From Candidatus Colimorpha merdihippi (lineage in GTDB: Bacteria; Bacteroidota; Bacteroidia; Bacteroidales; P3), in the NCBI GenBank assembly GCA_018066145.1, contig JAGHRY010000035.1, positions 1-53,691 of the forward strand: DNA of 53,691 nucleotides, in the 5' to 3' direction. The stretch's first letter is position 1. Each line of letters starts with the position of its first letter. The translations under genes and the position numbers were made by a program. Shown here in pieces: positions 46,760-52,757 of this stretch. The notes below the pieces were generated by a model. The model did no database searches, was not told where the DNA came from, and worked only from the letters and a program-made list of their open reading frames with translations.

Positions 46760-46948
46760 TTATTCCTTGAATTTAAGGTACTTAGCCTTTTTTCGGCAGC
46801 TTTTACAGTACCCGTCAAGGCCATCAACCTTAGACTTATTCTTGTAGAAGTTACTCGCGTCGAAGACATGCCTACATCTCATGCACATCTTAGTACCGTC
46901 TTCCTTCAGTTTTGTTTCAGTATTGCGAGCTGCCTTAGGGTCGTACAT
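46760..46948 (-). CDS. Stand-alone zinc-ribbon protein (62 aa), first gene of the minus-strand block
   Basis: RBS AGGAGA. CMRC..x20..CKSC, with FYKNKSKVDGLDGYCKSCRKK resembling the N-terminal module of the HNH gene at 9321. Confidence 0.6.
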   Translation of the reverse strand: MYDPKAARNTETKLKEDGTKMCMRCRHVFDASNFYKNKSKVDGLDGYCKSCRKKAKYLKFKE

Positions 46949-47002
46949 GTTTTCTCCTGTACCTTATTGATTACTGTGCCCTCCGGGTCCCTATTGTTCC
47001 CT

Positions 47003-47030
47003 ATAGTAACCAATGGTTGCCAATTACTAA
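47003..47030 (-). promoter_or_regulatory. Possible sigma-A-type promoter for the minus-strand block
   Basis: The minus strand reads TTAGTA-16 nt-TACTAT about 50 nt upstream of the 46948 start. Found by eye only. Confidence 0.3.
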
Positions 47031-47626
47031 TAGGTCCCTTCCCTCACCCGTTCACCAAAGGGCAATAATGGGGGTACCATTTTCGCTTGCCCTTGGGCCA
47101 TCTTGCCCTTTGGAGCCACGGTTTCGGTCGGTACTTATATTGTACCATATTGTTGCCCGGTTACATGGAGTTACATGATTTGACTTCCCATCTGGGAAAA
47201 CATCGGGAAAAATTTTTGGGGATAGATTTGCCCTAGCCTTCCACCCACCACATCTTGACACCAGGGTCACTAAGGTCGCCGAGCTCTGAAAGAGCGAGGC
47301 GGCCCATGTTGCGCCTAACTTGTTACATATTGTCACAAGGTTGTTACATTGTGTGCATGGGCCATTTGGCACCTATCGAGTCCCCTACTGGTCACTAGGA
47401 ATGTTACCCCAGGTAACACCGTGGTTCGAGCTTTGGAAAACACCGGGGTTACCTCGGGGGAACTTCCACCCTTCCATTATTACCACCTATACCTAATATA
47501 TACCTACCCCCCCACTTAGTAACATGATTGTCACCATTCGGCAACCATACTGGTTGCCTCAGGTGCCAATTTGTGACCATACTCGTGACATCGCGGGGAA
47601 CGACGGGTGCGTGCAGGGCCGAACGT

Positions 47627-47744
47627 GCGACCTCTAGGGAGCACCGGCTTGTCCGTTGTGAGGCAACTCGCTGCACCCCAAAGTTCCTTTGTGGGCCCCA
47701 CCGAGTTACCTCCCAGCCGTCAAGCCTGGTGCCCTAGAGGTCGC
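47627..47744 (+). other. Long-stem structured element (about 23-bp closing helix)
   Basis: GCGACCTCTAGGG(ag)CACC+GGCTTG pairs with CAAGCC(t)GGTG+CCCTAGAGGTCGC. Inside are GTGAG-GCAA-CTCGC (GNRA loop) and CCCAAAG-ttc-CTTTG(t)GGG. Confidence 0.6.
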
Positions 47745-47758
47745 CAGTCTGGGTCTAA

Positions 47759-47813
47759 GGCTGGGAACCTAGCTTACCTTTAGCTCCGCTAAAAGTAACC
47801 AATGTTCCCAGCC
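47759..47813 (+). other. Second long-stem element
   Basis: A perfect 10-bp GGCTGGGAAC / GTTCCCAGCC enclosing CTTTAGC-tcc-GCTAAAG. Confidence 0.55.
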
Positions 47814-47815
47814 TT

Positions 47816-47877
47816 GGCGCCCCTTGGGCGCCTTAGCGCTGCACCCTTCGGGTAGCAGCTTAGCTACCTATGGTAGC
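47816..47877 (+). promoter_or_regulatory. Hairpin cassette R1 upstream of early gene 1
   Basis: GGCGCCC-ctt-GGGCGCC (47816-47832), TTAG, GCTGCaCCC-ttc-GGGtaGCAGC (47838-47859), GCTACC-tat-GGTAGC (47863-47877). Confidence 0.5.
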
Positions 47878-47903
47878 ATATAGTATGTAGAAAGGAGCCT
47901 ACC

Positions 47904-48182
47904 ATGGCAGCAGCAGAGAAGAAGCTCTTTAGGGGTCGCAAGGTCGAAATCGAGTATGTCGAGAACGCCATCCTCAAGTCCGCCCGCGATGTCACCCGCA
48001 AGAGCGACGGTGAAACCTTCCAGGTTGTCACCTTCGTTCTTGAGACCGGCGAGACCGCAGACATCGTCTTCCCCAATGGGTGGGCACCCATCGGGTTCGA
48101 CATGTACTACGGTGACGCCTACACCGGTGGCTGGGTCGAAACCGACGAGGGCAAGCATCTGTTCCAGATGCAGCCCGCCTAG
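47904..48182 (+). CDS. Early protein 1 (92 aa)
   Basis: RBS AAAGGAG. Followed by its own terminator. Confidence 0.7.
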   Translation: MAAAEKKLFRGRKVEIEYVENAILKSARDVTRKSDGETFQVVTFVLETGETADIVFPNGWAPIGFDMYYGDAYTGGWVETDEGKHLFQMQPA

Positions 48183-48190
48183 ACTCCCAT

Positions 48191-48218
48191 GAGTGCACCC
48201 AAGTGGTGCACTCTTTTT
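48191..48218 (+). terminator. Rho-independent terminator after early gene 1
   Basis: A perfect 9-bp stem GAGTGCACC/GGTGCACTC with a 5-nt loop, then TTTTT. It is nested in an outer 8-bp pairing AGACTCCC/GGGAGTCT (48181-48228). Confidence 0.75.
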
Positions 48219-48306
48219 GGGGGAGTCTGATTCTAAAAACAAGGAAGACCTACGACCTATCATGTGACTTCCTTGTGCAAACTAGTGACAATCATGTTAC
48301 CAAGAA

Positions 48307-48353
48307 GGCGCCTTCCCAGGCGCCTTAGGGCTGCTCCCTTTGGGCGCCAGCCC
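48307..48353 (+). promoter_or_regulatory. Hairpin cassette R2 upstream of early gene 2
   Basis: GGCGCCt-tccc-aGGCGCC, TTAG, GGGCTGcTCCC-ttt-GGGcgcCAGCCC. The leader down to the RBS is similar to that of R3. Confidence 0.5.
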
Positions 48354-48381
48354 TCGAAACAATTAGTCAAAGGAGTTTACC

Positions 48382-48639
48382 ATGTCTAACCGTAAAGACC
48401 TCTTCAAGTCTTTTACTTCCACTAGCTTCATTGACGGTGTCAAGTGGCAGATTATTGGTGACAGCGTCTTCGCCTTCATACATCCCGTCTTCGAATACAC
48501 CGAGGACATTGAAGCCGAGGTTGCCAAAGTATACGAACAGTTCCCTACAGTCATCAACGAAAGGTACTTTGACGTTTGCGCCAACCTGTTCATCGTTGAT
48601 GTCTTCAGTAACAGGGTTGTCGTAACTGACACCTTTTAG
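48382..48639 (+). CDS. Early protein 2 (85 aa)
   Basis: RBS AAAGGAG. The stop codon sits inside a 9-bp hairpin GTTACTCAG-cgcaa-CTGAGTAAC (48639-48661). Confidence 0.7.
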   Translation: MSNRKDLFKSFTSTSFIDGVKWQIIGDSVFAFIHPVFEYTEDIEAEVAKVYEQFPTVINERYFDVCANLFIVDVFSNRVVVTDTF

Positions 48640-48677
48640 TTACTCAGCGCAACTGAGTAACCGTAAGCAACCAACAG

Positions 48678-48724
48678 GGCGCCCTCCCGGGCGCCTTAGG
48701 GCTGCCCCCTTCGGGGTCTAGCCC
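48678..48724 (+). promoter_or_regulatory. Hairpin cassette R3 upstream of early gene 3
   Basis: GGCGCCC-tccc-GGGCGCC, TTAG, GGGCTGCCCC-cttc-GGGGtctAGCCC. Confidence 0.5.
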
Positions 48725-48752
48725 TTGGAACAACTAGTTAAAAGGAGTTATC

Positions 48753-48914
48753 ATGAATCGCTCTCTCTCTGCCCTTGTCTATGCAGATCCGAAGCATGTT
48801 GAGAAGCCCGCGAAGCAACACCGCAAGAGCGGTGGCGGAGCTCATCAGCTGCCCCGTACATCTAATAAGCACGTTGACAAGATGTATCCCAAGAGGAACA
48901 GGATAACGCAATAA
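48753..48914 (+). CDS. Early protein 3, basic 53-aa peptide (not in the ORF track)
   Basis: RBS AAAAGGAG. Sequence MNRSLSALVYADPKHVEKPAKQHRKSGGGAHQLPRTSNKHVDKMYPKRNRITQ. Confidence 0.55.
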   Translation: MNRSLSALVYADPKHVEKPAKQHRKSGGGAHQLPRTSNKHVDKMYPKRNRITQ

Positions 48915-48944
48915 GCTCCTGTTAGCCTCTGACTTCCTGAGGTT

Positions 48945-49007
48945 GTAGCAGCCATAAGCCACCAGTAGGTTCCTTCCTTGCCTACTGGTTGGCTGCTACA
49001 TATTTTG
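48945..49007 (+). terminator. Strong hairpin, terminator- or attenuator-like
   Basis: GTAGCAGCCA/TGGCTGCTAC (10 bp) plus ACCAGTAGG/CCTACTGGT (9 bp), followed by ATATTTTG. The U-tract is short. Confidence 0.5.
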
Positions 49008-49019
49008 ATAGGAGTAACC

Positions 49020-49085
49020 ATGTTTGAATGGCTGTTCTTGATTGGCATAGTGACTGCCTGTTACCTGTATGTTTGGTCCGAGTAA
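49020..49085 (+). CDS. Micro-ORF, 21-aa hydrophobic peptide
   Basis: TAGGAGTAACC-ATG. Sequence MFEWLFLIGIVTACYLYVWSE. Confidence 0.45.
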   Translation: MFEWLFLIGIVTACYLYVWSE

Positions 49086-49094
49086 GGAGTAACC

Positions 49095-49169
49095 ATGTGG
49101 CTTTACTTTGTTATCTCTATGTTAATCGCGGGTACCTTGGTAGGTACCTATATGCTATCCGATAGTTAG
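49095..49169 (+). CDS. Micro-ORF, 24-aa hydrophobic peptide
   Basis: AGGAGTAACC-ATG. Sequence MWLYFVISMLIAGTLVGTYMLSDS. Confidence 0.45.
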   Translation: MWLYFVISMLIAGTLVGTYMLSDS

Positions 49170-49177
49170 GAGTAACC

Positions 49178-49342
49178 ATGAAGCTTCACCCACGTACCTA
49201 TGTTCCCAGGTGCCAGGTCTGCGGTGACCGCATGGCACCTCGTAAGCAAACCCCATTCCTGTGTCCCGACTGTAAGAGAAGGGAGCAGTCATGCAAACCA
49301 ACTGGGAAGCTTGGCTCTTCGCAGCCGTCGCTGTTCTACTAA
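49178..49342 (+). CDS. Zinc-ribbon mini-protein (54 aa)
   Basis: TAGGAGTAACC-ATG. Contains CQVCGDR..x11..CPDCKRR. The 3' 52 nt overlap the next ORF. Confidence 0.5.
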   Translation: MKLHPRTYVPRCQVCGDRMAPRKQTPFLCPDCKRREQSCKPTGKLGSSQPSLFY

Positions 49343-49413
49343 TCATCATCCTCAATACTATCACCATCAACACGATTGATAGCTTGCTGCAACTACTCAG
49401 CTGCTATCACTAG
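49291..49413 (+). CDS. 40-aa single-TM peptide
   Basis: GGGAGCAGTC-ATG. Begins MQTNWEAWLFAAVAVLLIIIL.., and its N-terminus is paralogous to the next gene. Confidence 0.5.
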   Translation: MQTNWEAWLFAAVAVLLIIILNTITINTIDSLLQLLSCYH

Positions 49414-49425
49414 AAGGGAGCAATC

Positions 49426-49782
49426 ATGCAAGCCAACTGGAAAGCTTGGCTCACAGCCTTCGTTGTCCTACTAACCATCTTCTTTGGTCTCATCGCTGTC
49501 ACTTATGTTGGCGAGTGGATGCAACCTCAAGTTCCTAAGTGGACTGCAACCTATCCTGATACACAGCAGCCTGCTTGGTGTGCACATGGTTACATCAATG
49601 ATGACCAATGTGACATCGTTGAAGCACCATATAAGGATGGATACTTGTATCAAATTTGGTATGATAATACAGTATTCTGGCACTACGAAACAGAATACAA
49701 GCTGCCTCGCCTTGCTGTGTTCACCAATGGAGACTGGACTCTCATGGTGGAGTCTAAAGATTTCAAAGGAGGTTACCGATGA
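49426..49782 (+). CDS. Membrane-anchored early protein (118 aa)
   Basis: GGGAGCAATC-ATG. Begins MQANWKAWLTAFVVLLTIFFGLIAV.. Confidence 0.7.
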   Translation: MQANWKAWLTAFVVLLTIFFGLIAVTYVGEWMQPQVPKWTATYPDTQQPAWCAHGYINDDQCDIVEAPYKDGYLYQIWYDNTVFWHYETEYKLPRLAVFTNGDWTLMVESKDFKGGYR

Positions 49783-50300
49783 GTGACGTATCTGATTCCA
49801 TTAATGTGATTCTCAGGCAACGAGGAGGAACAATGATTGACCACAAGCTAGAACTCTTTGAAGACCTTGACCAGTTGCGTGACTACGCAATGACTGTCAA
49901 GCGTGCTGCCACTGACATGCTAGACTGGTGTCATGTAATTGAGACCGACATGCAGGCGTTCATTGAATACTATACTGGGCCTGCGTTCATGCCTCCTAAG
50001 CCTGGAGCTGTGCAGGAGTTTGAACCAGGCTCACCTTGCATTGACCCCGATGGTGAAGGCTGTCGTTGTTACGAAGGCTGTACAGCAGACTGCCCGCCAT
50101 CTGAGTACCAAGCCTGCAAGTGTCCCCGTAGGGTGAGCCCTCCTCTGGTACCTCAGTCTGACCCTACTGAGTTTGACGTCGAGGATGACGGATTGTATAC
50201 TTTGACGGACAAGGGCAAGCTCATTGTCAAACTGGTTAACGAAGGCTACAAGTATCTTGAAGCTTGCCGCATTGCTGAGACTGTGTACGAGAAAGGGTAG
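49779..50300 (+). CDS. Hypothetical Cys-rich protein (173 aa)
   Basis: RBS AAAGGAGG; ATGA overlap with the upstream gene. Confidence 0.7.
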   Translation: MSDVSDSINVILRQRGGTMIDHKLELFEDLDQLRDYAMTVKRAATDMLDWCHVIETDMQAFIEYYTGPAFMPPKPGAVQEFEPGSPCIDPDGEGCRCYEGCTADCPPSEYQACKCPRRVSPPLVPQSDPTEFDVEDDGLYTLTDKGKLIVKLVNEGYKYLEACRIAETVYEKG

Positions 50301-50302
50301 AC

Positions 50303-50563
50303 ATGAGCATCCAACAAAAGAACTTGTGGTGTGTTACTTGTGACAACTGTGGGGCAGAGACTACCATCGAAACACTTATGGACTTTAGCCCCACTAAGAC
50401 TGACTTGATTAATCAGGGCTTTGTTTGTATCGTTGACGTAATGCCTATTAGTTATGGACAGCGCGTTGAGAAACACTACTGTAAACAGTGCGCTAACAAT
50501 CTAATGGCTGACAAGTATTGTGAAGAATACTCACATGAACTGATGACTGATAAGGAAGGTTAA
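50303..50563 (+). CDS. Zinc-ribbon protein (86 aa)
   Basis: CVTCDNCG ... CKQCANN. Confidence 0.65.
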   Translation: MSIQQKNLWCVTCDNCGAETTIETLMDFSPTKTDLINQGFVCIVDVMPISYGQRVEKHYCKQCANNLMADKYCEEYSHELMTDKEG

Positions 50564-50565
50564 AC

Positions 50566-50937
50566 ATGGAAGATGTAAACATGGAAAATGCTGTCAACAA
50601 CACTCTCGACGAACTGCTGGATGGCATCACTCATGAGCAGGCTGGCATCATGGCAGCCAAGCTTGCTGTTAGTCTCGTCGGAGAACATACCGAGGGATTG
50701 GCAGAGATTGCTCACTGCCTGTACAATCCGCAGCCTGATGCTGACATGGACTACATGGATATGGCTGGTCTTGACCTCGTCAAGATTGTCAACTGCCTTA
50801 TCAAGTGGACCATGGATACCATCTGTCACTTCGACAAGGAAGCAGAAGCTAAGCTGCGTGAAGAGTATGATGCCGTGATGAACAAGTGGCATGAGGAGCA
50901 GGGTGAAGTAAGTCCCTTCATTGCATACAAGGAGTAG
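50566..50937 (+). CDS. Hypothetical protein (123 aa), paralog of the next gene
   Basis: RBS AAGGAAGG. The C-terminal half aligns with 50940..51341 (..LDLVKIVNCLIKWTMDTI..KLREEYDAVMNKWHEEQGEVSPFI). Confidence 0.7.
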   Translation: MEDVNMENAVNNTLDELLDGITHEQAGIMAAKLAVSLVGEHTEGLAEIAHCLYNPQPDADMDYMDMAGLDLVKIVNCLIKWTMDTICHFDKEAEAKLREEYDAVMNKWHEEQGEVSPFIAYKE

Positions 50938-50939
50938 CT

Positions 50940-51341
50940 ATGCCTTGGACTAAGTGTGAAAACTGCACCTATCAGTCTGAATGTGATTGGCCTGACCAGC
51001 TGTATGGTGCCTGTGAATGTGGCAATCCTAAACCCAAAGAGGAAACGAAGGGAGAAAGCATGGATGAAATCGACAAGGTTCTGTGTGGATTGATTGTTCC
51101 CGTAGTTGGTGACCATGGTTATGACCTGGTTAAGCTTGGCAAATCTATGGTCAATGGCAGTGATGACGAGATGGATAAGTTTGGCATCGAGCTTCTCCAG
51201 ATTGCTAACCACATTGCAGACTGGAGTAACAGGATGGTCACCGCCTCTGACCCTGAAGGTGCCAAGGAGTTGCAGGTTAAGTTTGACAACCTCAAGTCCA
51301 AGTGGGAAGAAGCGAATCCCGGTGTTCCCTTCTTGCGTTAA
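50940..51341 (+). CDS. Hypothetical protein (133 aa), Cys-rich N-terminus plus the paralogous domain
   Basis: RBS AAGGAG. Contains ..IELLQIANHIADWSNRMV..ELQVKFDNLKSKWEEANPGVPFL. Confidence 0.7.
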   Translation: MPWTKCENCTYQSECDWPDQLYGACECGNPKPKEETKGESMDEIDKVLCGLIVPVVGDHGYDLVKLGKSMVNGSDDEMDKFGIELLQIANHIADWSNRMVTASDPEGAKELQVKFDNLKSKWEEANPGVPFLR

Positions 51342-51369
51342 GATAGAACATGTCTGTCGAGGAGGACCA

Positions 51370-51663
51370 ATGCATGAAGACTACTGGGTGCCTGATTATA
51401 CAGACACCACCATCATCAATGAGGATGGCTCAAGCTTTGACCCAATGATTGACGTCTGGAGTCGTGGCTCCGAGTGTCCTCCTACTCGTGATGAGTACGA
51501 TGAGTTGAACCCACGTTCAGCGTGGCGTGCACCAACTCTGGCTGAAGTTAAGTTCGGCCGCGTTCATAACCTGTTTAATTTGGATATAGGTTGGGGCTGG
51601 CGAAAGATTCCAACGTTGCATAACGTATGCACGCGCTACTACAAACGTGTAGGAAAAGCTTAA
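51370..51663 (+). CDS. Hypothetical protein (97 aa)
   Basis: Internal ATG of listed ORF 51106..51663, preceded by GAGGAGGA. The listed 5' part overlaps 50940..51341 out of frame. Confidence 0.6.
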   Translation: MHEDYWVPDYTDTTIINEDGSSFDPMIDVWSRGSECPPTRDEYDELNPRSAWRAPTLAEVKFGRVHNLFNLDIGWGWRKIPTLHNVCTRYYKRVGKA

Positions 51664-51712
51664 ACCTGCTATACTATAAACAGGTAAGTGTTGCCTAAAG
51701 AAAGGATTAGAT

Positions 51713-51814
51713 ATGGATAAGCAAACTCTTCCCTTCAAGCTAGACAGAAGTTCCTTTGGCAAACTGGACAGAGGTACTTGGTCAGTTGCATCTGTTGATG
51801 TCACTGTGTTCTAG
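51713..51814 (+). CDS. Micro-ORF (33 aa)
   Basis: AAAGAAAGGA upstream. Sequence MDKQTLPFKLDRSSFGKLDRGTWSVASVDVTVF. Confidence 0.4.
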   Translation: MDKQTLPFKLDRSSFGKLDRGTWSVASVDVTVF

Positions 51815-51859
51815 CTAGGAGGTGATCCATATCTAGGTGAGTCTAATCCGCTCACGCTC

Positions 51860-51900
51860 AGAGCCCTCATGAAAACATGGGGGCTCTTCTTGTATGCTGT
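51860..51900 (+). terminator. Rho-independent terminator-like hairpin
   Basis: About 12-bp stem AGAGCCCTCATG-aaaa-CATGGGGGCTCT, followed by a T-rich tail TCTTGTATGCTGTTTCTGTT. Confidence 0.55.
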
Positions 51901-51927
51901 TTCTGTTACTAAAGAGAGGAGAGTATT

Positions 51928-52032
51928 TTGACTACCCTTGTAAGCACCGCGCTCATTATCATTCTGGCAGGTTTGCTTGTGTTGGCCCTTGCTACTCCTT
52001 TGATTTGCAGGGATAAAGACAAGGAGGACTAA
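51928..52032 (+). CDS. Micro-ORF, 34-aa TM peptide (TTG start)
   Basis: GAGAGGAGAG lies 6 nt upstream of the TTG. Hydrophobic core LVSTALIIILAGLLVLALATPLI. TAATG-coupled to the next ORF. Confidence 0.4.
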   Translation: MTTLVSTALIIILAGLLVLALATPLICRDKDKED

Positions 52033-52211
52033 TGATTAAGGTACTTTGCGGTTTCGTAATTGCAGCATTTTCAATTCCGCTGCTGATTGTAGCCGGGTCA
52101 GAAAGTCTGAACCGACCACATATAGCAAGGGAATACAACATGAATCCTATGACTTGGTTTGTTGTAGCCTTGCTGTGTCTATTCGTCGGACTCGGACTTA
52201 TATTCTTCTAG
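52032..52211 (+). CDS. 59-aa two-TM peptide (not in the ORF track)
   Basis: AAGGAGGAC upstream. Sequence MIKVLCGFVIAAFSIPLLIVAG...MTWFVVALLCLFVGLGLIFF. Confidence 0.5.
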   Translation: MIKVLCGFVIAAFSIPLLIVAGSESLNRPHIAREYNMNPMTWFVVALLCLFVGLGLIFF

Positions 52212-52212
52212 G

Positions 52213-52341
52213 CATAGGTGACCTCCTATGATATGGTGCCCCACTACGAGCGCAAGCTTGGGGCACCAGCCAGGTGCCAACTGTATCCTCCTTTCTCTGC
52301 TGCAACTAGTATCCTTGTTGACAGTTGGCACCCAGCTGGTG
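52213..52341 (+). other. Intergenic cluster of three hairpins
   Basis: CATAGG-6 nt-CCTATG (52213-52230). GGTGCCCCA-15 nt-TGGGGCACC (52235-52267). CACCAGC(ca)GGTGCCAACTGT-36 nt-ACAGTTGGCACC(ca)GCTGGTG (52264-52341), whose base shares 4 nt with the previous stem. Confidence 0.6.
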
Positions 52342-52371
52342 AGCCCACCAGTATCTAGAGATAGGAGACAT

Positions 52372-52539
52372 ATGAACTACAACCCCAGCTTTATGTACAA
52401 GATGGTTGCACTGGTTGCCGGTGCAGTCGCAATTGGAGCAGGCGCAGTCTACATGATTGCAGAGAATGGTGCCCTGCTCCAGTTCATTACTGACCTCCAA
52501 GAAGGAGGCTCAGGTCCCGTCGGTTTTGTTAAGGACTAA
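52372..52539 (+). CDS. 55-aa TM peptide
   Basis: Internal ATG of listed ORF 52228..52539, preceded by TAGGAGA. Begins MNYNPSFMYKMVALVAGAVAIGAGAVYMI.. Confidence 0.55.
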   Translation: MNYNPSFMYKMVALVAGAVAIGAGAVYMIAENGALLQFITDLQEGGSGPVGFVKD

Positions 52540-52553
52540 GGTAAGGAGATGCC

Positions 52554-52757
52554 ATGTCTAACGACCAGTACAAGAACCTCAAGAAGCAGCGTCAGGGCTA
52601 CGCTCGCATCTTGCGTGCAGCACTGAACCAAGTTGAAGGTGGCTTCACTGTTGGTAATTATAGCCAGGTGCGCCATGGTCTTGCCAACATGAAGGCTGCT
52701 GCTGATAAGATTGATTTGGTCTCTCGTTTGTATATGGGAGATGAGCTCGATGCCTAA
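52554..52757 (+). CDS. Hypothetical protein (67 aa)
   Basis: RBS AAGGAG. Confidence 0.65.
   Translation: MSNDQYKNLKKQRQGYARILRAALNQVEGGFTVGNYSQVRHGLANMKAAADKIDLVSRLYMGDELDA

Noticed and set aside
47255-47260. A perfect TTGACA -35 box in the control region.
   Set aside because: No acceptable -10 hexamer lies 16-18 nt downstream (GCCGAG or CGCCGA), so it was not called as a promoter.
47052-47737. Listed ORFs 47052..47372 (-), 47449..47676 (-) and 47528..47737 (+) in the divergent region.
   Set aside because: They have no Shine-Dalgarno and odd composition. The interval is full of repeats and long hairpins, so I treated it as regulatory or non-coding.
47816-48724. The possibility that the GGCGCC hairpin repeats are a CRISPR array.
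   Set aside because: There are only three copies, separated by whole genes (about 370-490 nt). The repeats are not identical in length or sequence, and no cas genes are present.
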